From assembly GCA_963717505.1 (NCBI GenBank), contig OY970342.1:1728001-1792000 (forward strand): a DNA stretch of 64,000 nucleotides, in the 5' to 3' direction. The notes beneath the pieces were generated by a model, which did not search any database, was not told the origin of the DNA, and saw only the letters and a list, made by a program, of their open reading frames with translations. The translations under genes and the position numbers were made by a program. This DNA is from Candidatus Eiseniibacteriota bacterium (GTDB taxonomy: Bacteria; Eisenbacteria; RBG-16-71-46). Positions 27,335 to 36,918 of the stretch are shown piece by piece (within the stretch, counting starts at the first letter, position 1; each line of letters starts with the position of its first letter).

Positions 27335-28891
27335 ATGCTGGTCGACGGGTTCGAGCACGCCGCGAAGTCCAATCCCGGGCAGCCGGCGATCGAGGACCGC
27401 GAGGGCCGGCGACTCACCTATCGGTCGCTCGATGCGGCGGCATCGCGGATCGCGCATCGGCTTCGGATCTCGGGTGTCGCGCCCGGTGACCGTGTCGCGA
27501 TCCATCACCCCAAGTCGATCGAATCGGTCGCCGCGATTCTCGGCGTGCTCAAGGCGCGGGCCGCGTACGTTCCGCTCGACGCGAGCGCTCCGATCGAGCG
27601 CAGCCGTCACATTCTCGGCGACTGCGGGGCGAAGGTGCTGTGCACGAACCCGGACGGGGCGGCCCGGTTCGGCCCGGACGCAGGCTGCGCGATGCTCGCT
27701 CTGTCACCGATACCGGCGGACGAGGCGGATTCGTCGTGGCTCCAGGGCGCCGACCCCTCATGGCGCGCAGCCGAGCCGGTGCGCCCCGAGGATCTGAGCT
27801 ACATCCTGTACACCTCCGGGTCGACGGGCGTACCCAAGGGAGTCATGCACACCCATGCCAGCGCCGAGAGTTTCGTGAGCTGGGCGTTTCGCGCGGTCGA
27901 GCCGCGCGCCGAGGATCGCTTCAGCAGCCACGCACCGTTCCACTTCGATCTGTCCATTTTCGACCTCTACGTCTGCTTTCGTTCCGGTGGCACGCTGGTC
28001 CTGGTCGACGAGTCGCTCGGCGCTCGGCCGCTGGATCTGGCGGCATTCATCGCCGAGCGATCGATCTCGATCTGGTACTCGGTGCCTTCGATCCTGGCCC
28101 TGCTCGCGGAGCACGGAAAGCTCGCGCAACACCGTTTCGATCGCCTGCGGATCATCGTCTTCGCCGGCGAGGTGTTCCCGATTCGGCCGCTCCGGCTGCT
28201 GCAGAAGCTGCTTCCGGGGAGGACCTACTTCAATTTCTACGGCCCGACCGAGACCAACGTGTGCACCGCCTACCGCCTGCCCGGTCCGATTCCCGAGTCG
28301 CAGACGACGCCGGTGCCGATCGGGCCGGCGTGCGACAACGTCCGGGCGATGGTCCTCGATGAGGCACAGTGTCCGGTCGAGCGTGGCGGGGAGGGACTGC
28401 TCTACATCCACGCCTCGGGCCCGACCATGCTCGGCTACTGGCCGCCGAGCCCCGACGGGGAGTCGAAAGCGTTCCATCGCGCGCCTTCGGGCGAACGTTG
28501 GTATTGCACCGGCGATGTGGTCCGTGAGGATCCGGACGGCAACTATGTCTACGTCGGGCGCCGGGACCGAATGGTGAAGCGGCGGGGCTACCGCATCGAG
28601 CTGGGCGAAATCGAGAACGCCCTGAGCCAGCACGACGAAGTGCGCGAGGTGGCGGCGGTCACTGCGGACACGACCGGCCAGGGCCTCGAGATCGTCGCGT
28701 TCCTGGTTCCTGCGAGCCCGGCTGATCGCATGTCGATCATCGCGCTCAAGCAGTACTGCATGAGCCGGCTGCCCGGCTACATGTGCCCCGATCGATTCGA
28801 GTTCCTCCCAGTACTGCCGCGCACCGCCAACGACAAGGTCGACCTGCAGGCACTCGCGCGCAGCGCGCAGCGGAAGCCGGCCGGCGAATGA
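27335..28891 (+). CDS. Stand-alone adenylation domain, probable L-proline-[carrier protein] ligase (PltF/RedM-like)
   Basis: YILYTSGSTGVPKG, FHFDLS, WYSVP, FAGE, YGPTETNVC, YCTGD, GRRDRMVKRRGYRIELGEIE, NDKVD; specificity residues read by eye D-L-F-Y-V-A-F-V-C-K. Confidence 0.85.
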   Translation: MLVDGFEHAAKSNPGQPAIEDREGRRLTYRSLDAAASRIAHRLRISGVAPGDRVAIHHPKSIESVAAILGVLKARAAYVPLDASAPIERSRHILGDCGAKVLCTNPDGAARFGPDAGCAMLALSPIPADEADSSWLQGADPSWRAAEPVRPEDLSYILYTSGSTGVPKGVMHTHASAESFVSWAFRAVEPRAEDRFSSHAPFHFDLSIFDLYVCFRSGGTLVLVDESLGARPLDLAAFIAERSISIWYSVPSILALLAEHGKLAQHRFDRLRIIVFAGEVFPIRPLRLLQKLLPGRTYFNFYGPTETNVCTAYRLPGPIPESQTTPVPIGPACDNVRAMVLDEAQCPVERGGEGLLYIHASGPTMLGYWPPSPDGESKAFHRAPSGERWYCTGDVVREDPDGNYVYVGRRDRMVKRRGYRIELGEIENALSQHDEVREVAAVTADTTGQGLEIVAFLVPASPADRMSIIALKQYCMSRLPGYMCPDRFEFLPVLPRTANDKVDLQALARSAQRKPAGE

Positions 28892-30216
28892 TGGTGGCGA
28901 CCGCCATCGAGGCGAAGCCCAGCCGCGCCTTCGGCGCCTCCGACGTGCTGCAGAAGCTGGTCCTGATCGCCGAGCTGTTCCTGCTTTGCGTGGTGCTCGA
29001 GGAGACCCGAATCATCTCGCCGGCCTTCACCCGGATGTTCTGGGTCGTCGCCGCCGGCGTCCTGCTCAACGATTTCGTTCCGGCCCGGGTGCGGCCCGCC
29101 TTCTTCCTGGTCCTGTCTCTGGTCTGCACCGCCACCGTGCTCCAGGTGGTGCCGACTCTGGTTCTGGTCGGCGTCGGCCTGGCGTTGATTGGGGTCTGCC
29201 AGCTGCCGCTGCGGCTCGGCTACCGCATCGCGATCCTGGCGGCCATGGCAGCGGTGGTCGCCGTCTATCGCACCGGGGCTTCCTGGCTGCCCCAGCCATC
29301 CATGGACATCCTGGTGATCATTCCGGTGCTCGCGTCGATGTTCATGTTCCGCCTGTCGATCTACCTCTACGACAAGGAGAACACCAAGTCGCGGCTGCCC
29401 TGGACCCAGACGCTGAACTACTTCTTCATGCTGCCGAATGTCTGCTTCCTCCTGTTCCCGGTGGTCGACTACACGACGTTCCTCCAGTCCTACCGCGATC
29501 GCGAGCGCTGGCGGGTCCAGCAGATCGGCGTCCGCTGGATCCTGGTCGGCCTGGTTCAGCTGCTGCTCCTGCGTCTGGTCGAACTGCACGTGGTTCGCGA
29601 TCCCGACGAGCTGGTCACGCGCCTCGACCACTTCCTCTACGTGATCTCGGCGTACCTCATGTACCTGCGCGTGTCCGGCCAGTTCCACATGATCGTCGGC
29701 ATCCTGCATCTGTTCGGCTACGAGCTGCCGCGGACCAACAACAAGTATTTCCTGGCGTCGAGCTTCACCGACCTGTGGCGGCGCATCAACATTTACTGGA
29801 TGGAGTACATGCGCAAGATGATCTACTACCCGGTGCTGCTGCGATTCCGCGGCTGGGGCCCGGTGCGCGCTTCGGTCGCGGCCACGGTGTGCGTGTTCCT
29901 GGCCACCATCGTCCTGCACGCGTACCAGTACTTCTGGTTGTCGGGCGATTTCCGCGTGTCGGTCCGCGACCTGTTGTTCTGGGGTCTCCTGTGTGCGCTG
30001 GTGCTGGTCGACATGTATCGTGAACGCCGGATGCTGGAACGCCAGCGCGCGCGCGGCACGGGACCGCGCGCCGGTGGCTGGCGGTCGGTCCTGGGGGCGC
30101 TGCCGGGCACGGCCGCCACCCTGGTCGTGATGACGATCCTGTGGTCCCTGTGGTCGAGCGAGTCGATCAGCCTGGGGCGCTGGCTCGAGATCCTCGGGAA
30201 GGTCGTGGTGCCGTGA
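28888..30216 (+). CDS. MBOAT family membrane-bound acyltransferase (DltB/AlgI-like)
   Basis: Multiple hydrophobic segments; LFGYELP...YFLASSFTDLWRRINIYW..YM...IYYP; candidate catalytic His in IVLHAYQ. Confidence 0.82.
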   Translation: MMVATAIEAKPSRAFGASDVLQKLVLIAELFLLCVVLEETRIISPAFTRMFWVVAAGVLLNDFVPARVRPAFFLVLSLVCTATVLQVVPTLVLVGVGLALIGVCQLPLRLGYRIAILAAMAAVVAVYRTGASWLPQPSMDILVIIPVLASMFMFRLSIYLYDKENTKSRLPWTQTLNYFFMLPNVCFLLFPVVDYTTFLQSYRDRERWRVQQIGVRWILVGLVQLLLLRLVELHVVRDPDELVTRLDHFLYVISAYLMYLRVSGQFHMIVGILHLFGYELPRTNNKYFLASSFTDLWRRINIYWMEYMRKMIYYPVLLRFRGWGPVRASVAATVCVFLATIVLHAYQYFWLSGDFRVSVRDLLFWGLLCALVLVDMYRERRMLERQRARGTGPRAGGWRSVLGALPGTAATLVVMTILWSLWSSESISLGRWLEILGKVVVP

Positions 30217-31385
30217 AGGTCGCGTGGATCGCAGTGAATGTCGCGCTGCTGGCGGTGCTCGGGGTGTTCTTCAACCGGGACGTGTACTCGCGGCTGGGGC
30301 CGGCGGCGACCCTTTACGTCGATCGCCTGCGCAGCGACGCCCTGATCAAGGAGGAGAGCCGTTCCGAGCTGTCGACCTACTACGAGGACTTGCTGTTCGA
30401 GGGCGGCAGCATCAAGGGGTATCTCGCGAGGCGCTACGAGGGATACAACTATTCGCTCGACGAGTGGGATCCGTTCGACGGCGACGACTCGCCGCACTGG
30501 CAGCCGACCGACGACCTGCGGGTCCTCGGTCCCAAGCCGTCGCAGGTCGTGATGCTCGACCGGATCGCGCACACCTTCAACTCCATCGGACTGCGGGACC
30601 GCGAGTACCCGCCGGTTCCCGCCGACGACACCTACCGGATCGTGATGCTCGGCGCGTCGAACCTGATGGCGCACGGCATTCCCGACGGCAAGGGTTTCGA
30701 GGCCCAGATCGAAGACTCGCTCAACGCCGAGCCGGTCGGTCCGTGGAAGGCGTTCGAGATCCTCAATTTCGGCTACGACTCGTACACCGAGGTCAAGAAC
30801 CTGGTCCAGATCGACCAGGGCGATGTGTTCCCGCTGCGTCCCCGGCTGGTGGTCATCATCACGCACTCGATCCACGACTTCTGGGAGTGGGATTTCATCG
30901 ACCTGGTCTCGCGCGAGCAGTACGCGCAGATCGGATATCCCTACCTGATCGACCTGGGCAAGAAGCTTCGGTCCGAGCACCGTCGCCAGTTGCGCGATTC
31001 GGAGCGCGACGACGTCGTCCGCTGGGCCTACGGAGAGCTCCGCGCGCGCTGCGCGGCGGCATCGGTGAAATGCGTGGCGGTCGGCATTCCGTTGCCGAAC
31101 AGCCTTTCGGACCCCAAGCGGCTGGAGGAGCGCATGAATCTGATCCGCTCGACCGGCATGCCGGTGATCTCGCTGCACCGGAGCCTCGAGGGGCGTGATC
31201 TGGTCGAGCTGCAGCGCGAGCCGTGGGACGATCTCCACTTGAACCTGGAGGGGCACCGGATCGTCGCCCACGACCTCTATCGCGCGCTGCTCGAACACGA
31301 CGCCGAGTTCGGGCTCGGACTCAGGGTTCGGCCCTCGGAGCCGCTCGTGACCGCCGGATCCGGTGGCAGGGCCGTGCGGCCATGA
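30213..31385 (+). CDS. Membrane-anchored SGNH/GDSL-fold protein (DltD/AlgJ-like partner)
   Basis: N-terminal TM; NSIGLRDREY, RIVMLGASN (block I Ser), EILNFG, DDLHLNLEGH (DxxH); GTGA coupling to the MBOAT. Confidence 0.75.
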   Translation: MKVAWIAVNVALLAVLGVFFNRDVYSRLGPAATLYVDRLRSDALIKEESRSELSTYYEDLLFEGGSIKGYLARRYEGYNYSLDEWDPFDGDDSPHWQPTDDLRVLGPKPSQVVMLDRIAHTFNSIGLRDREYPPVPADDTYRIVMLGASNLMAHGIPDGKGFEAQIEDSLNAEPVGPWKAFEILNFGYDSYTEVKNLVQIDQGDVFPLRPRLVVIITHSIHDFWEWDFIDLVSREQYAQIGYPYLIDLGKKLRSEHRRQLRDSERDDVVRWAYGELRARCAAASVKCVAVGIPLPNSLSDPKRLEERMNLIRSTGMPVISLHRSLEGRDLVELQREPWDDLHLNLEGHRIVAHDLYRALLEHDAEFGLGLRVRPSEPLVTAGSGGRAVRP

Positions 31386-32542
31386 CGCTCGACTCGACGG
31401 CGGTTCCCCTCACTCCGGCGCAGAAGGAACTGCGCGACTCGGCCGCCGCGTTCGCCCGCAAGCATCTCGGCCCCGGGGCCGGCCACGCCGACGAGGCCGC
31501 GGCCTTCACGCGGGATGCCTGGCGGAAGTGCGCCGAGTACGGCGTCCAGGGCCTGCCGTTCCCCGAGGCCTATGGCGGCCAGGGGCAGACGGTCGAAGGC
31601 ACGATCGCGGTCATGGAAGGCCTCGGCTACGGGTGCCGGGATCATGGCCTCCTGTTCTCGATCAACGCCCACATGTGGGCGTGCGCGATGCCGATCCTCC
31701 AGTTCGGCACCCCCGATCAGAAGCAGCGCTACCTGCCGGACCTGTGCAACGGCAAGAAGATCGCGGCCAACGCAGCGAGCGAACCCGGCTCGGGATCGGA
31801 CGTGTTCAGCATGCGGACGCGGGCGGTGCGCGACGGCGACCACTACGTGCTGAATGGCTCCAAGATGTTCGTGACCAACGCGCCGGTCGCCGACCTGTTC
31901 GTGCTGTACGCGACGGTCGATCCGGAATACGGCGCCGCCGGCATCTGCTGCTTCGTGATCGAGAAGGGCACTCCCGGTCTCCAGGTCAGCCGCCCGATCG
32001 GCAAGATGGGACTCAAGAGCTCGCCGATGGCCGAAGTTCACCTCGAAGCGTGCCGGGTGCCCGCGGGCAATCTCCTGGGCCTCGAGGGCCGGGGCGTGAC
32101 CGTGTTCCACGGGTCCATGGTCTGGGAGCGCGCATGCATCCTTGCCACTTGCGTGGGCTCGATGGCGCGCCAGCTCGAGGAGTGTGTGGCCTATGCGCGC
32201 GAGCGATCGCAGTTCGGCAACCCGATCGGGAAGTTCCAGGCGGTCGCCCATCGGATCGTGGACATGAAGATCCGGCTCGACCTCTCGCAGATGCTGGTCT
32301 ACCGGGTCGGGCGGCTGATGCAGGCGGGGGAGTCGGCCGACATGGAATCCGCGATCGCCAAGCTGTACATCTCGGAGGCCCACGTCGCTTCGTCGATGGA
32401 TGCGGTGCGCATCCACGGCGGGTACGGCTACACCACGGAATATCCTTTCGAGCGCCAGCTACGCGACGCCGTGGGCGGAACCCTCTATTCCGGGACCAGC
32501 GACATCCAGCGCAACCTGATCGCCCGCAGCTTGGGTCTGTAA
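31382..32542 (+). CDS. Acyl-CoA dehydrogenase family, probable prolyl-carrier-protein dehydrogenase (PltE/RedW/AnaB-like)
   Basis: LGYGCRDHGLLFSINAHMWAC, SEPGSGSD, LNGSKMFVTNAPVAD, WERAC, RSQFG, IHGGYGY, LYSGTSDIQ. Confidence 0.85.
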   Translation: MTLDSTAVPLTPAQKELRDSAAAFARKHLGPGAGHADEAAAFTRDAWRKCAEYGVQGLPFPEAYGGQGQTVEGTIAVMEGLGYGCRDHGLLFSINAHMWACAMPILQFGTPDQKQRYLPDLCNGKKIAANAASEPGSGSDVFSMRTRAVRDGDHYVLNGSKMFVTNAPVADLFVLYATVDPEYGAAGICCFVIEKGTPGLQVSRPIGKMGLKSSPMAEVHLEACRVPAGNLLGLEGRGVTVFHGSMVWERACILATCVGSMARQLEECVAYARERSQFGNPIGKFQAVAHRIVDMKIRLDLSQMLVYRVGRLMQAGESADMESAIAKLYISEAHVASSMDAVRIHGGYGYTTEYPFERQLRDAVGGTLYSGTSDIQRNLIARSLGL

Positions 32543-32583
32543 GGGCCCTCACCCGCTGTGAGGACCCCACAGCCCCGTTTCCG

Positions 32584-33276
32584 CTACCGGCGCGAGGAGC
32601 CCGGTTGCGGCACGATCCTCAGGTACGGTCTTGGCGCGTTCCAGCCGTCGGGATAGATCTTCCGGGCTTCGTCGTCCGACACCGACCCGGCGATGATCAC
32701 GTCCTCACCCTGCTTCCAATTGACCGGAGTCGCAACCCGGTGCGCCGCGGTCAACTGCATCGAGTCGATCACCCGCAGGACCTCGGCGAAGTTGCGTCCG
32801 GTGGTCATCGGATAGACCAGGATCAGCTTGATTTTCTTGTCCGGTCCGATCACGAACACGTTGCGCACCGTCTGATTGTCGGCGGCGGTCCGCCCGTCGC
32901 AGGTGCCCTCGAGATCCGCGGGCAGCATGCCGTAGAGCTTGGAGACTTCGAGGTTCGGGTCCCCGATCATCGGGAAGTTCGGCGCCTGTCCCTGGGTCTC
33001 CGCGATGTCATCCGACCACTTCTTGTGCGATGAGACCGGGTCGACGCTCAGCCCGACGATCTTGGTGCGGCGGCGGTCGAACTCGGGCTTGAGCTTGGCC
33101 ATGGCCCCGAGCTCAGTGGTGCACACCGGCGTGAAGTCTTTGGGGTGGGAGAACAAGACCGCCCACGAGTCCCCGATCCAGTCGTGGAAGCGGATGCGGC
33201 CTTCGGTGGTCTCGGCTTCGAAATCCGGCGCCACGCTGCCGATCTGCAGCGCCGTGCTGCCCACTTGAACGCTCAC
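32584..33276 (-). CDS. 1-Cys peroxiredoxin (Prx6 type)
   Basis: FSHPKDFTPVCTTE, YPMTTGRNFAE, VATPVNW; GGAGG SD before GTG 33276. Confidence 0.93.
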   Translation of the reverse strand: MSVQVGSTALQIGSVAPDFEAETTEGRIRFHDWIGDSWAVLFSHPKDFTPVCTTELGAMAKLKPEFDRRRTKIVGLSVDPVSSHKKWSDDIAETQGQAPNFPMIGDPNLEVSKLYGMLPADLEGTCDGRTAADNQTVRNVFVIGPDKKIKLILVYPMTTGRNFAEVLRVIDSMQLTAAHRVATPVNWKQGEDVIIAGSVSDDEARKIYPDGWNAPRPYLRIVPQPGSSRR

Positions 33277-33622
33277 GGTGAGCCTCCCTGGTAACAACGT
33301 TCGCTGTGCCCGGAATGGGCGAAGTGGGTGCACTTGCACTACCGCCATTACCGTCGGGGGGACGAAAAGTTGGCCTCGGGAACCCGTGGTTCGGGGGCCG
33401 GGCGCGGTGGCGTCACGGGTTCCGGTCGCCTAGACTCCTATGACTCCTCATGCTCCGACGCACCCTGTCATTCGCCCCGGTCGTGGGCACTCTGGAGCCG
33501 GACTCGATCCGGAAGGTCGAGTTCAATCGAGGAGGGCGTGCGAGATGGCGGCGAACGGCATGTACCACTTCCGGCCTCACCGGCGGGACCGATGCGCACG
33601 TGGTCCGTGCGGTGATGATTCA

Positions 33623-34411
33623 ATGACCACGTTCGGTCGACTGACGTCGTTCACGCTCGCCGGGTGGCTCCTGCTTTCGCCGATCGCCGCGGCCGCGCAG
33701 GACGCGGCGGCGTCCGAAATGTCGCTCGATCAGGCAAAGGAACTGATCAAGAACGGGGACTACGACCGGGCGATCGAAACGCTGCGCGCGGAGCTCGGGC
33801 GTAACCAGGCTCACCCCGAGCAGCTGGGCGACACCTACCTCCAGCTGATCAAGACCTACGTGTTCCTGGGCAACGACTACAAGTTCCGACCGCAGGGACG
33901 CGAGATGTCGAACCTCAACTATCGGGCGGCGCGCGAGTTGATCGTCGAAGCGCTGGAGAAGCCCGAACTGAGGCACCTGAAGCCCGAGCCGGCTTGGGAG
34001 TTCCCGCCCGAGATGATCTCGTTCTTCAGCGAAGTGCGCGCCCAGAAGCTCGGATCGTTCCGAGTGGTGCTGCTGGAGCCGCGGAACGCGGTCGTGCTGT
34101 TCGACGGTGACACGCTGGGAACTTTCCCCGGGGATTCGACGCCCGGGGATACCGACCTGCCGATCGGGACCCATCGTGTCCAAGTGCGTGCCGCCGGTTA
34201 CGAGGAGGTGGTCGAAGACGTCACGATTTCGCCAAGCTCGACGCTCGAGCGGCCCTACGAGATGAAAAGGAAGCGCACCACCTCGTGGTACGTGACGCGC
34301 GGCGGCGCGATGGCATTGGCCGCGGGGGCACTGACCTACTTCCTGCTGCGCGGCGACGACCAGTCCTCCGGAGCCGAGCCGTTGCCGGGACCGCCGCCCC
34401 CCCCGCCCTAG
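33623..34411 (+). CDS. Exported protein with TPR-like helices, PEGA-like domain, C-terminal hydrophobic segment and poly-Pro tail
   Basis: Signal peptide AAA-Q; AKELIKNGDYDRAIETL; LPIGTHRVQVRAAGYE; GGAMALAAGALTYFLL; LPGPPPPPP end. Confidence 0.65.
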   Translation: MTTFGRLTSFTLAGWLLLSPIAAAAQDAAASEMSLDQAKELIKNGDYDRAIETLRAELGRNQAHPEQLGDTYLQLIKTYVFLGNDYKFRPQGREMSNLNYRAARELIVEALEKPELRHLKPEPAWEFPPEMISFFSEVRAQKLGSFRVVLLEPRNAVVLFDGDTLGTFPGDSTPGDTDLPIGTHRVQVRAAGYEEVVEDVTISPSSTLERPYEMKRKRTTSWYVTRGGAMALAAGALTYFLLRGDDQSSGAEPLPGPPPPPP

Positions 34412-34505
34412 AAGGCTAGGCGCGCCGACACCAACCCCCCTTGAGGGAGAGGGGCAGGTGCTTCTGCCGCGCGCCCAGGAACGTCGATGACAGTGCCGAC
34501 GTCGG

Positions 34506-36686
34506 TCATGGCGTCCGCAGAAGACGGCGGGTCATGGTGTTCCGCGTGAAGTCGTAGATCACGCGCTCCTTGGACCAGACGTCGACCTTGCGGTCGATGG
34601 CCTCGTTGTTGAGTAGGACGACTCGCACCGTGTGTTCTCCGGCGTCCAGCTCACGCACCCCCGAGTTCTGGACATTCTCCACGATCAGCCGGCCGTCGAT
34701 GTAGATCGAGGCCGGAACATCGCCTTGGATCACCAGCTCGCCCGGGGCCGAGCGTGGCAGCGAAATTCCGATTTCACGCGTTGACTCGAGCACGGTCACC
34801 GTGGTCTCTGCGGCGTCGTAGCCGGAGCGCTCGGCGATGATCTGGTGGCGGCCGAGTGCCAAGTCGTCGAGTCGCACCGGCGAACGACCGCGCGGGTCGT
34901 CGTCGACCCGGATCTCGGCGCCCGGCGGATCGGTGATCACCAGTACGTTGCCGCGCCCGACCACGAGCGTCAGGAGCGCGGGGGTCACAGTACCCGGCAC
35001 GAGCTGAAATCGGCCCTCGGCGACGCTGTAGCCGCGGAGGCTGGCGCTCACCACGTGCGGTTCGGCCACCCTCAGGTCGCGCACCAACATCGGGCTGAGC
35101 CCGACTTGCTTGCCGTCGACGCGGATCTCGGCGCCTGTCGGGTTCGTTTGTACCCTGAGGTCGGCGAGCAACGGACGCAAGGCGATCCGGGACTCCGTTG
35201 GCACGCCCGGCTCGAGTCGCAGGGTGAACTCGCTGTCGGCGTAGCCGGGCGCAGAGACCTTCATGTGTTGGTCGGGCCCGGCCGGCATCGCGTCGGTGAA
35301 CGTGCCGATCCCGATCCGGCGGCCGTTGAGCTCGATCACCGCGTGGTCCGGAATCGCGTGCAGCGCGTAGTGCGAGGTCGGCCCGCGAGGTGGTGGCTGT
35401 GGAAGCGGTTTCAACCAGACGATCGCGGCCAGCACGGCGGCCACTCCCGCCGCGAATCCGCCCACGACCAGCGCCTTCCGCTGCTTGAGCGAGGTCGGGG
35501 TGCGGATTTCGAGCCCGGCCTCACGCATGACCTGCCACACCGAGTGCTGGCGCCGGATCCAGAGCCGCCACAGATCCATGCGGAATGCGTAGCCCGGCGG
35601 GCTGTTCGAATCGTCGCGCAGCGCCATCTCGCTCTTGAACAATTTCTCGAGCGCCGTCGAGATCCGTGCGGTGTCTAGATCGAGCGGATACTCCCTGCGG
35701 CGTATCGCGCGCCGCACGTCTTCGACCGAAGCGTGCGCGCCTGGGTCGGGCAGCACCTCGGCCAGCAGAGCCAGCGTCAGCTTCTCGTCCTGCTCGAGCC
35801 CGTCCCACAGGAAGATCATCTGGGGCAGGGGATTGTTGATCAGCGTGCCGACCACGCGGTCGACCGCCCCGTGGATCGCCAGGTTGGTGTGGTTCTCGTT
35901 CAGGTGATCGACCAGGCTCTGACAGATCGCTTGGGTGTAGAACGGCTGCCCGGCCGCCAGGCGATAGATCTTCTCGACCACGCCGTCGTCGTAGCGCACG
36001 CGGCCGGCGACCGGCTGCGTGACCAGCTTGGTCGCGTCGTCGCGCTCGAGGTAGCTGATGGTCTTGAAGATCGACTTGCCGAGGATTTTCCAGTATTCGC
36101 GCCGCCGTTCTTCGAGGTGCTGGGAGCCAGTAAAGACCAGGAAGACCGATTGGTTCTCCATCAGACTCGCGAGGATGTTGAGCACGTCCCGATCCAGGGT
36201 TCCGGAATCGATCTTGTTCTCGAACAGCTCGTACTCGTCGAACAACAGGATCAGCTTCTGCCCCGGCCGGGAGCGCAGGACGGCCTGGATGAAGCTCTCG
36301 AAGGTGGCGGCGTGGCTGGTCCCGGGCGTGAACCGGGGCGGTTCCGGCCGGCCCGGTCCGGGGCCGAGCGCCTTCAGGACCTCGGCCGAGACCTTGCCGA
36401 GGAACTCGGCCTCGCTTCCGGTGGCCATGGACTGCATGTCGATCAGCACCGGGATGAAATCCGGACCCAGCCGCTGGTCGAGGATCTGGAACAGGATCGA
36501 GGTCTTGCCGCTGCGCCGCTCGCCGCAGAACACCAGCAGGGCGCCACGCGCCAGGTGCTCGAAGCGCCGGCGCACCAGCTCGAACTCGGCCTCGCGCCCG
36601 AAGAACATCGCCCGGTCGCGAACCGGGTTGCCCACGATGTACGGGTTGGGGCTGATGGGTGTGAAGCTGTCGGCGGTCGGAGGCAT
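34506..36686 (-). CDS. P-loop ATPase (STAND/AAA-like) fused to TM helix and tandem PEGA domains
   Basis: NPYIVGNPV..FFGRE, GERRSGKTS, LILLFDE, AGQPFYTQ; TM ALVVGGFAAGVAAVLAAIVWL; repeats TNPTGAEIRVDG, TDPPGAEIRVDD, PASIYIDG. Confidence 0.8.
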   Translation of the reverse strand: MPPTADSFTPISPNPYIVGNPVRDRAMFFGREAEFELVRRRFEHLARGALLVFCGERRSGKTSILFQILDQRLGPDFIPVLIDMQSMATGSEAEFLGKVSAEVLKALGPGPGRPEPPRFTPGTSHAATFESFIQAVLRSRPGQKLILLFDEYELFENKIDSGTLDRDVLNILASLMENQSVFLVFTGSQHLEERRREYWKILGKSIFKTISYLERDDATKLVTQPVAGRVRYDDGVVEKIYRLAAGQPFYTQAICQSLVDHLNENHTNLAIHGAVDRVVGTLINNPLPQMIFLWDGLEQDEKLTLALLAEVLPDPGAHASVEDVRRAIRRREYPLDLDTARISTALEKLFKSEMALRDDSNSPPGYAFRMDLWRLWIRRQHSVWQVMREAGLEIRTPTSLKQRKALVVGGFAAGVAAVLAAIVWLKPLPQPPPRGPTSHYALHAIPDHAVIELNGRRIGIGTFTDAMPAGPDQHMKVSAPGYADSEFTLRLEPGVPTESRIALRPLLADLRVQTNPTGAEIRVDGKQVGLSPMLVRDLRVAEPHVVSASLRGYSVAEGRFQLVPGTVTPALLTLVVGRGNVLVITDPPGAEIRVDDDPRGRSPVRLDDLALGRHQIIAERSGYDAAETTVTVLESTREIGISLPRSAPGELVIQGDVPASIYIDGRLIVENVQNSGVRELDAGEHTVRVVLLNNEAIDRKVDVWSKERVIYDFTRNTMTRRLLRTP

Positions 36687-36918
36687 GGAGGATCGCCCAG
36701 TCAACAGGCCGGGTCCGGGGCTGTCAACCGCTACCAGCGGTCGTTCCCCAGGACGATGCGCCCGGAGTCAATGATCCGACGCTGGTCACCGCGAGGTTCC
36801 AACGCTTGGCGGATCGGGTATGTCCTATGCCTGAGAAGTCGGTGCCCGCGCAACCCCTGGCTGGCCCCATTCGTAACCGCTGCACAGGCCGTTCGGCCGA
36901 AAGCCCTTCGAGGAACCA

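Noticed and set aside
27071-31385. Canonical dltABCD D-alanylation operon
   Set aside because: Architecture is similar, but the A-domain residues and carrier motif fit prolyl-type cassettes, a coupled dehydrogenase is present, and the organism is diderm.
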